Shown piece by piece: positions 50,932-61,971 of a DNA stretch of 64,000 nucleotides (position 1 is its first letter; every line of letters begins with the position of its first letter). The notes beneath the pieces were generated by a model. The model was not told the DNA's origin. It was given only the letters and a program-made list of their open reading frames with translations, and made no database searches. This DNA comes from Acholeplasmataceae bacterium. Its GTDB lineage: Bacteria > Bacillota_I > Bacilli_A > Acholeplasmatales > Acholeplasmataceae. Where the stretch lies: NCBI GenBank assembly GCA_963675245.1, contig OY775910.1, positions 1,280,001-1,344,000 of the forward strand, given 5' to 3'. A program made the translations under genes and the position numbers.

Positions 50932-52029
50932 TTGGAAAGATATGATATTAATAAACAATTAGCTTCATTTAAAGAACGAATTGCTGACTTAAAAAAAGCG
51001 ATTCAACCAGAAGCTAAGGAAGAACAATATAAGTCGTTAAATGATTTGATGCAACAGCCAAGTTTTTGGCAACATCAAGAAGAAGCTAAAAAGACGACAA
51101 AAGAAGCCACAAGAATCCGTTCAGCGCTAGACCGTTTTGAACGGATTACTTTAGCATATCACAACTTAATTGACTGGTTTGAGATATCAGAAGAAGACAC
51201 TGAAGAGTGGGTAATTTTAGAATCTGATATCGGAAAACTTGAAAAAGATCTTAAAGACTTTGAAATAGAAACATTATTAAGTGGTCCATATGATGACCAT
51301 GATGCCATTATAGAATTGCATCCAGGTGCAGGTGGTACAGAGTCTCAAGATTGGACAGATATGCTTTATAGAATGTACACTCGATTTGCACAACGTCGTG
51401 GTTTTAAGGTTGATGTTTTAGATTATCAATCAGGTGATGAAGCAGGTATTAAAAGCGTTGTGATGCGCATTAAAGGGCCATATGCTTATGGGTATTTAAA
51501 GGCTGAAAAAGGTGTTCATCGATTAGTCAGAATCAGTCCATTCGATTCAAATGCAAGAAGACATACATCGTTTGCATCATTAGATGTTATGCCTGAATTT
51601 GATGATGATATTCAAATTGATATCAAAGATGAAGATATTAAAATTGATGTTTATCGTTCAAGTGGTGCAGGTGGACAATCAGTTAATACGACAGATTCTG
51701 CCGTACGTATCACACATTTGGCATCAGGCATTGTTGTCACATGTCAAAATGAACGAAGTCAAATCAAAAATAGAGAGACTGCTTTATCTATGTTAAAGAC
51801 AAAGCTTATGCAAGAAGAAGTGAAAAAACAGGAAGAAAACTTAAGAAGTATCAAAGGTGAACAAAAAGATATTGCATGGGGTTCACAAATTAGATCATAT
51901 GTATTCCATCCTTATCAAATGGTCAAAGACCATCGAACTAACTATGAAGTAGGTCAAGTTGATCAAGTGATGGATGGTGATTTAGATGGTTTTATTAATG
52001 CTTATTTGAAAGAGTTTAGTCACGCTTAA
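50932..52029 (+). CDS. prfB: Peptide chain release factor 2 (single uninterrupted ORF)
   Basis: SPF motif, GGQ motif; TTG start. Confidence 0.96.
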   Translation: MERYDINKQLASFKERIADLKKAIQPEAKEEQYKSLNDLMQQPSFWQHQEEAKKTTKEATRIRSALDRFERITLAYHNLIDWFEISEEDTEEWVILESDIGKLEKDLKDFEIETLLSGPYDDHDAIIELHPGAGGTESQDWTDMLYRMYTRFAQRRGFKVDVLDYQSGDEAGIKSVVMRIKGPYAYGYLKAEKGVHRLVRISPFDSNARRHTSFASLDVMPEFDDDIQIDIKDEDIKIDVYRSSGAGGQSVNTTDSAVRITHLASGIVVTCQNERSQIKNRETALSMLKTKLMQEEVKKQEENLRSIKGEQKDIAWGSQIRSYVFHPYQMVKDHRTNYEVGQVDQVMDGDLDGFINAYLKEFSHA

Positions 52030-52042
52030 TTGATAAAGGAGA

Positions 52043-53554
52043 ATGGTCATGGGTAATAAAAAACTCGCAATTTTATTTTTTCTATCAGTTTTATTAGCCT
52101 TTTTTTCCGGCTATTTTTCATCAACAGTGATTGAAAATCAATCGTCTATTTATAGTTCAGAAGCATTTACCTCAATCACTGATGAATTAGAACAATACTA
52201 TTATTACGAGATTGATGATGAAGAAATAAGCCGTGCGTTTATCGCATCCTTAGAAGCGATCATTAATCAGTATGCCATTGATAATGATGATCCATATACG
52301 AGGTTAAATGTAATACCCACAAGTATTACACCTTCAGATGCAGAGTCATTTGTCGGATTAGGCATATCATTTACGTTTAATGAAAATCATGAATTAGTCA
52401 TTTATGATGTGATGAACGAAAGTTCTGTGTTTGGCGTCATTTATCCAAATGATCGTATTATAGGTATGATATTTAATAGTGAACGATTGATGTTTGCTGA
52501 TGTCACAGAAGATGACGTCGTGGATTATATGTCAGGTGTTAAAGATGAAATTAAGTCATTAATTGTTGTTAATCCTGATAACGAAGAAGTGATCGTTGAA
52601 GCTACATATCAACGTATTGAAACACCAACAGCTTATACGAATCTTGATGTCAACACTGAAGATATTGCTTATATAAAAATCACTGAATTTTCTGCTTATG
52701 AACAACATGTGACAGCAGGAACTTCTCAAGTGTTTAGTAGTCTTTTATTAGACTTAGAAGATTCAATATTGACAGATGATACAAAAACGTTAATCATTGA
52801 CTTAAGAGATAATCCTGGTGGTTCATTATCAGCATTAAATAATATAGATTCTAATCAACCAGCAGGCATTACACAACAATTACTAACCAACGATCCTGCA
52901 AATCCAATTTTTACCATGACGGATAATGATGGTGTTGTGACTGAATTTTTTGGACGTTTAAGCAATCCTAAAGACTATGATATTAAACTATTAGTGAATG
53001 GTCATTCTGCTAGTGCTGCTGAAGTTTTAGCCGCTACACTAATGGATGCTGGTTATTCACTTTATGGTGAAGAAACGTATGGCAAAGGTGTTTATCAAAA
53101 CACGGTCTATTTACAAAATATTTCTAATTCAATATATGATTTCTACTTAACTTATACAGAAGGTACTTGGGAATATGGTTCATCATTGAACGTGATGGAT
53201 ACACCATTAACTGTTAATGCACTTGAACAAACAGACTTGTATACGATGGAAATGCCAGTTTATACTGGAGAAATAGCATTTGATCAAGTTTCTGAAGGCT
53301 TAGCAGTCTATCAGCAATTCTTAAATCTATATTTTGATTATCAAGGTGAAGATTTGATTCGTACGGATGGCTACTTTGATTTAAACACAGAAACAGCTAT
53401 CACACAGTTTCAAACCGATATGAATATTACAGTTACCGGCATATTAGATTTAGACACTTCCCATGCAGTTTATGATTACTTTAAAGCAGTTCGTAGTGAT
53501 GCAAACTATGATTTACAACTTCAAACACTGATTCAATTAATCGAAGGAGCATAA
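52043..53554 (+). CDS. ctpA: S41 C-terminal processing peptidase with PDZ-like and PG-binding-like domains
   Basis: N-terminal TM, DPYT, IDLRDNPGG, SASAAE, TYGKG; C-terminal DGYFD..TE.AI..FQ.......TG.LD..T. Confidence 0.88.
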   Translation: MVMGNKKLAILFFLSVLLAFFSGYFSSTVIENQSSIYSSEAFTSITDELEQYYYYEIDDEEISRAFIASLEAIINQYAIDNDDPYTRLNVIPTSITPSDAESFVGLGISFTFNENHELVIYDVMNESSVFGVIYPNDRIIGMIFNSERLMFADVTEDDVVDYMSGVKDEIKSLIVVNPDNEEVIVEATYQRIETPTAYTNLDVNTEDIAYIKITEFSAYEQHVTAGTSQVFSSLLLDLEDSILTDDTKTLIIDLRDNPGGSLSALNNIDSNQPAGITQQLLTNDPANPIFTMTDNDGVVTEFFGRLSNPKDYDIKLLVNGHSASAAEVLAATLMDAGYSLYGEETYGKGVYQNTVYLQNISNSIYDFYLTYTEGTWEYGSSLNVMDTPLTVNALEQTDLYTMEMPVYTGEIAFDQVSEGLAVYQQFLNLYFDYQGEDLIRTDGYFDLNTETAITQFQTDMNITVTGILDLDTSHAVYDYFKAVRSDANYDLQLQTLIQLIEGA

Positions 53555-53556
53555 TC

Positions 53557-54309
53557 ATGATCATTGAGTCGATTAAGAAACGAAAAGGTGACTTAATCGT
53601 AACATTTGAAGATGGGTCATCCATGCTAGTTGAATATGATATTTACTTAAAGTATCATTTGACACCTTCTTTAGCCATGGATGATAATATATTTAAGGAA
53701 ATGCAGGAAGAAAATGCATTTCTTTTCTTTAAGCGTCTCGCCTTAAAACGTTTAGCAAGAATGATGACTGCATTCGAATTATATACATATTTGATCGAGA
53801 AAGGTGCTCATAAAGGGATTGCTAACCAAATTGTATATGATTTTAAAACGAAGAAATATCTTGATGATGATACCTATGCAGCATGGTACATCAGTTCAAA
53901 ATCTTTGATCGAAGGACCACGGATGATTACCGATAAACTCAAACAAAAAGGTGTCTCTGATGACTTGATCAACAAGCATCTCAATCTCATTAATGAAAGA
54001 GATTGCTTAACAAAAAGTATCGCTAAGAAAATTAAAGGTAAGACCAATCAAAATAGACAACAACTTAAACTAAAATTAAAGCGTTACTATATGCAAAAAG
54101 GATTTAGTCTAGATATTGTGTCTGCCTGTGTAAATGAAGCTGTTTCACACATGAAAATTGATGAATCCTCGTTACTTAAAAAAGATCTTGAAAAGCTGAT
54201 TAAAAAATCAAAAGAGGATATTAATAAACAAAAAATAATTGAAAAATTATATCGAAAAGGATATCGATATGATGATATCAAACATGCAATCGAGGCGATT
54301 GATATATGA
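53557..54309 (+). CDS. recX: RecX family regulator
   Basis: YLDDDTYA, GPRMI..KLKQKGV, QKGF and LYRKGY repeats. Confidence 0.88.
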   Translation: MIIESIKKRKGDLIVTFEDGSSMLVEYDIYLKYHLTPSLAMDDNIFKEMQEENAFLFFKRLALKRLARMMTAFELYTYLIEKGAHKGIANQIVYDFKTKKYLDDDTYAAWYISSKSLIEGPRMITDKLKQKGVSDDLINKHLNLINERDCLTKSIAKKIKGKTNQNRQQLKLKLKRYYMQKGFSLDIVSACVNEAVSHMKIDESSLLKKDLEKLIKKSKEDINKQKIIEKLYRKGYRYDDIKHAIEAIDI

Positions 54310-55766
54310 TTTTATGGAAAAACGGTATACTTCATTCACTCGAAAATGAATATGATGTTTACCATCAAATGACAACTCATCAAGGGGTAATAGTTGCTTT
54401 TGATGATGACATTGATATATCTAATATTGATGAAGTTATTGACTTAGGTGGTGCACATTTATATCCAGGATTTGTTGATAGCCATCTGCATCTGATGGGC
54501 TATGGAAGGAAGCTATTTAGACCTAACTTAAATGGACTAAAAGTGAAAGAAGATATTTATAATATCATCCAAAATCATCCTGATCATCAGATTTTTGAAG
54601 GATATGAAGGGATTGACGTGACGAAGCATGATTTAGATCGTTTATTTAGTCATAGGTTGATTGTATTAAGACATAAGGATTACCATTCAGCTACTGTGAG
54701 TAGTGCTGTTTTAAAAGGTCTTGGATTTGAAAGTGATACAGGGATCTTAACTGAAGATAAAGCAACCAAAGCAATGATGACATTTGGACAAGTCACAAAC
54801 GATGATTTGAAAGCGATGTTTCATAGAGCTCTTCAATCCTTATACGCTTTTGGTGTAACAGGTGGTCACTCTGATGACTTAGCTTATTTTAATGGTTTTT
54901 ATGATACATTAAACGCGATGAAGCATGTTTTGAAAGATCATCCATTTCGAACACATTTGCTTATGCATCATGAGATTCTTGATGACTATATTCAGTCACA
55001 ATTTACTTTTTTAGATCAATCTGACTATTTACAATTAGGTGCGATAAAAATCTTTTATGATGGCACATTCTCATCAAAAACTGCTCTCGTATCAAAACCT
55101 TATGTCGATAAGACGTATGGTATAAGAATTTTTAAACCACTTGATTTAGAACGTTTGATTCAAAAAATTAGATTGCATCAATTGCCGATAGCAATTCATG
55201 TTATCGGTGATCAAGCATTGTCAGAAGTGTTTGATTTATTTGAAAAATACCCCGTTAAAAAAGGCTTGCATGATCGCATCATTCATGCTTCTTTATGGCA
55301 AGATAAGGATTTTGAAAGAGCAAAGAGATTATCCCTTATTTTTGATATTCAGCCACAATTTTTATCATCAGATATACCTGCAATACTTGATGTCTTTAAT
55401 GATCGACCAAAATCGTTATATAGATGGCGAAGTATGCTTGAAAAAGGTTTAATTATTTGTGGTGGATCAGATGCACCCGTAGAAATACCTAACCCCTTAC
55501 TTGGCATGTATGATGCAATCTATCGAGAAGCTGGAAAAGAAGTATATGATAAAAGTGAATGTCTATCGCGTTATGAAGCCTTAAAACTATATACGACTTA
55601 TGCGAATATACCGACTTATAAAACAAATAGAGGACAACTAAAAAAAGGTTATATTGCTGATTTTACCGTGCTAAAGGAAGATGTCTTAAACATCACTAAA
55701 TCACGCTTTAAAGATAACAAGGTTTTATTCACTATCATCAACGAGAAGATCGTCTTTAAACGATAA
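54306..55766 (+). CDS. Amidohydrolase family 3 (YtcJ-like)
   Basis: PGFVDSHLH, KIFYDG, HVIGD, RIIHAS, GSDAPVE. Confidence 0.92.
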   Translation: MILWKNGILHSLENEYDVYHQMTTHQGVIVAFDDDIDISNIDEVIDLGGAHLYPGFVDSHLHLMGYGRKLFRPNLNGLKVKEDIYNIIQNHPDHQIFEGYEGIDVTKHDLDRLFSHRLIVLRHKDYHSATVSSAVLKGLGFESDTGILTEDKATKAMMTFGQVTNDDLKAMFHRALQSLYAFGVTGGHSDDLAYFNGFYDTLNAMKHVLKDHPFRTHLLMHHEILDDYIQSQFTFLDQSDYLQLGAIKIFYDGTFSSKTALVSKPYVDKTYGIRIFKPLDLERLIQKIRLHQLPIAIHVIGDQALSEVFDLFEKYPVKKGLHDRIIHASLWQDKDFERAKRLSLIFDIQPQFLSSDIPAILDVFNDRPKSLYRWRSMLEKGLIICGGSDAPVEIPNPLLGMYDAIYREAGKEVYDKSECLSRYEALKLYTTYANIPTYKTNRGQLKKGYIADFTVLKEDVLNITKSRFKDNKVLFTIINEKIVFKR

Positions 55767-55837
55767 TGTAAATGCCTTGAATCAAACCTCTGCTTTTTGT
55801 ACAATAATAATGTAGTGAAAAGGCATAGAGGTGTATT

Positions 55838-56482
55838 ATGACAGTAGAGTTTTATTTAGATTATTTGTGTCCAAAGTGTTATATACAACATAAAGTATTA
55901 GAAGACTTAGTTGATGAAAAACAACTTGCTGCAGATGATATCATTTATCGTAGTTATGAAATGGTGAATCATGAGCAATTTGATCAAAATTTGTCTTTTA
56001 TTGATTTTATTGCGAAATATAAGCATCTGCCTCATGAAGAGGTTATTGCATTTTTAAATGAAAGACAGATAGAAATTAGATTATTTCCAATCCATAATGT
56101 CCATAAAATGGCACATCTTGCTAAAAAAGAGAACAAATCCTTTTTATATAGCAAAGCAGTTTTTAAGGCAATCTATGAAGATCACTTTGATTTATCAGAT
56201 GTTGAGAAACTCAAAGAATTAGCATTAAATGTTGGATTACCTAGCACGTTGGTAGATGAAGTATTAACGACCGATAAATTTTCAAATGCTGTCATTTCAA
56301 ATAAAGAAAATGCACTATTAAAAGGTGTTTCTGATCTCCCTTTTATTCGTATTAATAAGCATGTTAAATTAAAGGGATTATCCGATGAATATGATATTAT
56401 CGCAGCGATGAACAGAGAAAGATTGGGCGATAAAGAGTATTGTGTCGGTGATAATTGTGATCGACACTTAAAAATCAGTTAA
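55838..56482 (+). CDS. DsbA/FrnE family thiol oxidoreductase
   Basis: DYLCPKCY, GV..LPF, C-terminal CVGDNC. Confidence 0.85.
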   Translation: MTVEFYLDYLCPKCYIQHKVLEDLVDEKQLAADDIIYRSYEMVNHEQFDQNLSFIDFIAKYKHLPHEEVIAFLNERQIEIRLFPIHNVHKMAHLAKKENKSFLYSKAVFKAIYEDHFDLSDVEKLKELALNVGLPSTLVDEVLTTDKFSNAVISNKENALLKGVSDLPFIRINKHVKLKGLSDEYDIIAAMNRERLGDKEYCVGDNCDRHLKIS

Positions 56483-56506
56483 ACTTCCATTTATGGAAGT
56501 TTTTTT
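56481..56506 (+). terminator. Intrinsic terminator after the DsbA-family gene
   Basis: AAACTTCCAT-TT-ATGGAAGTTTTTTT. Confidence 0.85.
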
Positions 56507-56686
56507 ATTTCATTGATATAATGAAAATAGATTTTAATAGGAAAAATTGTGTGATTTCATTGATTTAAGGGGTCTTTACCGCTAAATTGGTGAATATACA
56601 TGGAAAATAAGCTATAAGCATGGTAAAATAATAGGTGATATTAAGCCTTTTTTTATTATATAAAAAAAACATAAAGGAGCGTATTC

Positions 56687-58066
56687 ATGGCACACTTGTT
56701 TGACACAATACCATCTACATTTTTTAGCCTACTCGCTTCTCCAAATAGACATGTATATGTCGATTGCATATTTATTATTTATCGAGCAATCGATAGTATT
56801 GAAGATGCTTTTCAAGGGGATCGTGATTTTATCGTCGGTAAATTAATTGATTATTTCGATGATCATGCTTCCGATGAATTTGAGGATGTAGAGGAAGAAG
56901 AACTAGCACATACTAGTCGTCAAAAAGCAAACCATGTTATTTCTGTACTCAAGAAGCATGGATGGCTCGGTGAAGAAGAATTAGGGGATTACCGTACATC
57001 GTTAAACTTATTTGATTATTCTATTAGAATTATTGATTTACTCGAAAAAATTGAAATAAAATCACAACCAGAATATACGGGTGAAATATTTGCGGTTTAT
57101 TCACTTTTAGCATCATTTACGATTGAAGAGGGCATTGGCGTGCTTGAGCAAGCAGCGATTAAGACCGAAGATATCATGCGTAAATTAAAAGCGTTAAAAG
57201 CGAACATATACCGCTTTTACTATGATATAACAAAGAAACATAAACGTGAAGATTTACAAGCATTACTTGAAAAATTACTTGTAGAATATAAACAAAACTT
57301 TTTTGATTCAGCTTATTATAATTTGAAAACAACCGACAGTTTATCACGCTATAAAAGAGGCATTTTAGAGTCTGTCAATAATATCATCAACAATGAAGAA
57401 ATTATGGATATGCTTGCTCAAAGTGTGATGCAGATTAAACATTTAGAAGATTACAATGATGGTTATCAATATGTTGAAGACCAATTAAGATCCATTTCTA
57501 ATAATTTTAGTGCACTAGAATATCTAATTTTAGCGATTGATAGAAAAAACGAACAGTATGTTAGTGCAGCTGCATCAAAAATTTTATTTTTCACTAATCA
57601 ATCTGATGACATTGAAGGAATATTTAATCGCTTGTTTAGAATCATACTATCGAAAGCTGATGTTGATTATTCGATGATTTTCAGATTGGTACAAACAAAA
57701 AATTTAGATACTGAATCACTCTATAATCAAAGACGTGCTAGACAAGAAACGGTACCTGATGAAATTAATTATGACGAGAACATGATTTCTGAGGCATTTC
57801 GAAACCAAAAGATTAAAGCTTTACTTAAAAATAATATTTATGGCAAAAAAGAAATTGATCGCTATGTGCTCTCACTATTAAGAGAAAGTGAAACGGTAGA
57901 AGCTGGTAGTATTCAATTAGACACACAAGAAGATTTCGTGAAACTCATTTTAATTTTCTTATACTCGAAATCTGTGGGTATGCACTATAATATCGAACTT
58001 ACTGGAAAAGTGGTAACGAATCAGCATATCAGTTTCCAAAACTTTGTGATTAAGGGGTTGAATTGA
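56687..58066 (+). CDS. jetA: Wadjet JetA/MksF-like kleisin (DUF5716-like)
   Basis: LF..IP..FFSLLASPNR..Y N-terminus, L...GWL winged helix; first gene of a three-gene unit ending in an SMC ATPase. Confidence 0.8.
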   Translation: MAHLFDTIPSTFFSLLASPNRHVYVDCIFIIYRAIDSIEDAFQGDRDFIVGKLIDYFDDHASDEFEDVEEEELAHTSRQKANHVISVLKKHGWLGEEELGDYRTSLNLFDYSIRIIDLLEKIEIKSQPEYTGEIFAVYSLLASFTIEEGIGVLEQAAIKTEDIMRKLKALKANIYRFYYDITKKHKREDLQALLEKLLVEYKQNFFDSAYYNLKTTDSLSRYKRGILESVNNIINNEEIMDMLAQSVMQIKHLEDYNDGYQYVEDQLRSISNNFSALEYLILAIDRKNEQYVSAAASKILFFTNQSDDIEGIFNRLFRIILSKADVDYSMIFRLVQTKNLDTESLYNQRRARQETVPDEINYDENMISEAFRNQKIKALLKNNIYGKKEIDRYVLSLLRESETVEAGSIQLDTQEDFVKLILIFLYSKSVGMHYNIELTGKVVTNQHISFQNFVIKGLN

Positions 58067-58707
58067 TGAATAAGACGCAAGCAATGAAACAACTAAATGA
58101 AAATTACATGTTGTTAAAAGAGGGCGAAAAAAACAATTTTTCAAGAATTGTAAATAAGTTATTTCAAGTGAATTTCATCACCAAGAAAAAACCAGGTGAA
58201 TCAAATGATTATCGGTTTATCTTAGCGTGGAAAGAAATTTTTGAAGCTTTTTTCGCACTCACTGATTTTCAACTAAATATTCATCGTGAAGATGAAGTTG
58301 TATATATTGCTAATGAGCAAGTATTCAATCATATGAGACTTAAAAAATCTGAAAGTATTATCATTTTGGTATTACGTATTTTATATCAACGTAAAAAAGA
58401 TTTTGTGACATTAGATGAAAATGTTGAAATATATCTACACGAAATTCATTCAGAATTAATGCGTGTCGGTTACCTTGACAATAAGCGCATTACCAAAGAT
58501 AAATTAAAACCAGCCTTATCGTTTTTAAGAGGCTATAATATTATTGATTATATCGATCGTGGATTGCATGATGATGCAAGAATCAAAATTTATCCAACGA
58601 TTTTATATGTCACTAATTTAGAAGGTATTAAAGAAGTCATTGATAGGTTTGAAGATTATACATCTGAAGGAGGTCCTGTAAGCGATGAAGAAACTGACGA
58701 AGATTAA
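58066..58707 (+). CDS. jetB: Wadjet JetB/MksE-like KITE subunit (DUF4194-like)
   Basis: ES..ILVLR.LY, L..YNII, I.IYPTI; TGATG overlap with jetA. Confidence 0.8.
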   Translation: MNKTQAMKQLNENYMLLKEGEKNNFSRIVNKLFQVNFITKKKPGESNDYRFILAWKEIFEAFFALTDFQLNIHREDEVVYIANEQVFNHMRLKKSESIIILVLRILYQRKKDFVTLDENVEIYLHEIHSELMRVGYLDNKRITKDKLKPALSFLRGYNIIDYIDRGLHDDARIKIYPTILYVTNLEGIKEVIDRFEDYTSEGGPVSDEETDED

Positions 58708-61700
58708 ATTAGTCAATTGGCACCTCTTTACAAATCAGACGATCGATATTAGAGATAATGCACTTATCTCAGGTGAAAATGGATCTGGTAAATCAACCTT
58801 ACTTGACGCGATGCAATATCTGCTTGTTGGTGGGCGCTCAGGTGCGAAGTTTAATATTGCTGCAACAGATGATGCAAGACGTACATTAGAAGGTTATGTC
58901 CGTGGCCGTATTGGTGCTGAAAATAAAGAATATTTAAGAAATGGTGATGTGATTACACATATTGCGCTAGAATTTTTTGATGAACAATCGAAACAATATT
59001 CTGTGATTGGTTCTATTCTTGAGTTACCTAAAAGCGGACAACTAAAAGAAAGACTATATTTACTTGAAAATGTGTCTATCCATGATAGCCTCTATCTTGA
59101 GAAAAAATATCCAAGAGATTATAAGAGCATCAAAGGCTACCTAAAAGATTTAGATATCGATTTTAAACCTTTTGATACGCAAAAGAAATACCGTGAAGCG
59201 CTTGCTCATTTCTTTGGTATGGACGCCACTAAGTATGCGAAAATATTACCAAAAGCTTTAGCGTTTAGATCGATCGATTTACAACAGTTTGTCTTTGAAT
59301 TTTTATTAGACGATGATCCGATTGACATTCAATCACTCAAAAATAATGTTGCACAATTGAAACGTGTTGAAGCTCAAATTCAATTTGATAAAGAAAAATT
59401 AACAAAGTTAGATGCTTTATCAGAGCTTGGTGAAGATATCGTTCATAACAAGCAACAAAAAGATATTAATACGCTCATAGATCAACTCAATTGGATTGAA
59501 AAACGTGAAGCGTTTATTAAAGAAAATGAATCAAAACTCACACATATTGGCAAGCAACTTGACTACTTAAGAGAAGCAAAGCAACAAATCGATGATCAAA
59601 TTGATGAGAATGATATTGCTATTTTAAATTTAGAACGTGCTAAAAGCGATTCAGATTTATCGAGAACATTGTCTTCTTATCAGGATGCATTAAAGAAGAA
59701 AGGTCAAGAATTTGACCAACAAAAAGAAATATTATCACAAGTTAAACAAATGCTTGCAAAAGAATTTACAACGATGAAAGAACTCACGAATATCGTACCG
59801 AATGCAGCGATTAAAGCATTTGTTCAATATTATCAAACAGCGATGGACAACATTGATCATGAAGAGATCTCTAATCATTTAGAGATCATTAGTGGCGAAG
59901 TCTCTTCACTTCTTCAAGCCTATCATACTGAACGCAACAAAGTTGAACAAGATAAAACAGAATTATCAGAAAAGATACGTGAGTCACAACAGCGTTTAGG
60001 ACAATTGAAAAAACATGTTAAGACATACCCATTTCATGTCCAAAAACTAATGACAGCACTTAATGATGGTCTCTCAAACATGTATCAAAAAGAAGTTAAT
60101 GTCCAACCTCTATGTGAATTACTAGAAGTTAATGATGAAACATGGCGTAATGCACTTGAAGGTTATTTAGGAGGACAACGTTTTGATATTATTGTTGACC
60201 CATCATATTTTAACGATGCATTAGACATTTACGATCAAGTAAAAGTTGAACAAAAGATTTATGGTGTTGGTTTAGTAAACACACAAAACCTTTCTGAATA
60301 TAGTGAAGTAAGTGCAAATAGCTTAGCAGCGAAACTTGATACAGACCACCGTTATGCAAGACTATATGCCAATATGTTATTAAATGGCGTTACCACGGTA
60401 GAAAATGTTCAAGATTTAAAGAAATATAGACGTGCAGTAACACGTACTTGTATGACGTATGGTAATTATACAGCTAGACAAATAAATCCAAGAAATTATG
60501 AAGTGCCTTTCATTGGTCTAAGAGCAACTAATATTCAACAAGAACAAGAAAGTAAACTTTTAGAGCGCTTAGAAGCACAAATGAACACACTATATGATTT
60601 ATCTGACATGCAAACATCCGTCGTTCGCTTATTAAATCAATCAAAGAGTGCACAATTATTACACCAAGGACAAATTCGCTATTTTGATTTAATCAAACAA
60701 ACGAGAAGAGAATACACACAAATTGAAGATAGTGTGGCATCGTTAGCTAAAGATCAGAGTTTGAAACAATTGGATAAACAACTGGATGCGGCTAAAATCA
60801 TTAGACGAGATTTAAGACTTCAATCTGATCAACTTGTTGGAAAGATTGCTACACAACGTGAAGATCGTCAAAAAGTCATGGACCGTATTGAAGATGTTCA
60901 AGAAAAACTAGATGATTTTATGCAACAACAAAAAAATCTTGCTCAAAAACACCCAGAAAAATTATCGATTGCAAATACACAGTATTATGCCTTAAAAAAT
61001 AGATATAAACAAGATCATGATAAGATTACCAATTATCTTTCAGAATCAACGGCAGCGATTCAATCACAAATTATTAAAGGTGAAGCGAATCTTGCTACGC
61101 AAATGAAAGATTACAATCTTTCCTATCATTTCGGTGCAGAACCGACATTAGAAGGTTTAGTGACATATGAACAAGAAGCCAACAAGATTAGAAATAATAA
61201 TCTTGTTCATTATGAGTTTGAAGCAACTGAACTTAGACGAAATTCGGAAATTGGATTTAAAGAAGAGTTTGTTGGTAAGCTTCGTGCATCTATTGAAAAT
61301 GCGCAACAACAAATCGCTGAACTTAACTTTGCTTTAACGGATAAAACATTTGGTAGTGACTCATATCAATTAACTTATAAAGCCTCAGATCATCCTGATT
61401 ACAAGCTTTATTATGATATTATTATGCATACGCAGGCGATCGAAAAGCATACACTATTCACAGAAGGTTTATCAAAACGTAAAGAAACAATTTTAACAGA
61501 ATTATTTGAAAAGATCGCATCGAATGATCCTGAGTATGATAATTTAACATATAAGTTTTTGGATTATAGAAATTATATGTCTTATGACATAGAAGTCACG
61601 AATATCAATGGTAATAAATCACTCTTCTCCAAAGTATCTAAAGAAAAGAGTGGTGGTGAAACTCAAGTACCATTCTATATCGTTATTGCTGCATCTTTCC

Positions 61701-61960
61701 AACAACTATTAACTAAAAACAGAAGAATTGACTCGGGTTGCATCGTTTTATTCGATGAAGCATTCAATAATATGGATGAATCAAGAATTGATGCCATGAT
61801 GAAATTCTATAACAGCTTATCAATTCAACTGTTGATTGCTGTACCACCACAACGTGTATCAAACATTATTAATTATGTGAATACAAGTTTAGTCATTGTT
61901 AAAGACAATGATTACGCAATTGTAGAAACATTTAATGATAACAGATTGATTGGATTTTAA
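58685..61960 (+). CDS. jetC: Wadjet JetC/MksB-like SMC-family ATPase
   Basis: LVNWH, Walker A GENGSGKST, long coiled coils, FLDYRNY, signature KSGGETQ, Walker B LFDEAFNNMD. Confidence 0.9.
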   Translation: MKKLTKIKLVNWHLFTNQTIDIRDNALISGENGSGKSTLLDAMQYLLVGGRSGAKFNIAATDDARRTLEGYVRGRIGAENKEYLRNGDVITHIALEFFDEQSKQYSVIGSILELPKSGQLKERLYLLENVSIHDSLYLEKKYPRDYKSIKGYLKDLDIDFKPFDTQKKYREALAHFFGMDATKYAKILPKALAFRSIDLQQFVFEFLLDDDPIDIQSLKNNVAQLKRVEAQIQFDKEKLTKLDALSELGEDIVHNKQQKDINTLIDQLNWIEKREAFIKENESKLTHIGKQLDYLREAKQQIDDQIDENDIAILNLERAKSDSDLSRTLSSYQDALKKKGQEFDQQKEILSQVKQMLAKEFTTMKELTNIVPNAAIKAFVQYYQTAMDNIDHEEISNHLEIISGEVSSLLQAYHTERNKVEQDKTELSEKIRESQQRLGQLKKHVKTYPFHVQKLMTALNDGLSNMYQKEVNVQPLCELLEVNDETWRNALEGYLGGQRFDIIVDPSYFNDALDIYDQVKVEQKIYGVGLVNTQNLSEYSEVSANSLAAKLDTDHRYARLYANMLLNGVTTVENVQDLKKYRRAVTRTCMTYGNYTARQINPRNYEVPFIGLRATNIQQEQESKLLERLEAQMNTLYDLSDMQTSVVRLLNQSKSAQLLHQGQIRYFDLIKQTRREYTQIEDSVASLAKDQSLKQLDKQLDAAKIIRRDLRLQSDQLVGKIATQREDRQKVMDRIEDVQEKLDDFMQQQKNLAQKHPEKLSIANTQYYALKNRYKQDHDKITNYLSESTAAIQSQIIKGEANLATQMKDYNLSYHFGAEPTLEGLVTYEQEANKIRNNNLVHYEFEATELRRNSEIGFKEEFVGKLRASIENAQQQIAELNFALTDKTFGSDSYQLTYKASDHPDYKLYYDIIMHTQAIEKHTLFTEGLSKRKETILTELFEKIASNDPEYDNLTYKFLDYRNYMSYDIEVTNINGNKSLFSKVSKEKSGGETQVPFYIVIAASFQQLLTKNRRIDSGCIVLFDEAFNNMDESRIDAMMKFYNSLSIQLLIAVPPQRVSNIINYVNTSLVIVKDNDYAIVETFNDNRLIGF

Positions 61961-61971
61961 CAGGAGGACAT

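Noticed and set aside
50932..51030. Programmed +1 frameshift in prfB
   Set aside because: The ORF is continuous from the TTG start with no CTT-TGA site; frameshift-free prfB is known in many lineages.
56507..56686. Weak hairpins and T/A tracts upstream of jetA as a regulatory RNA or att site
   Set aside because: Stems are short and AT-rich, and no matching repeat was found beyond the operon. Only an extended -10 (TGGTAAAAT) is plausible.
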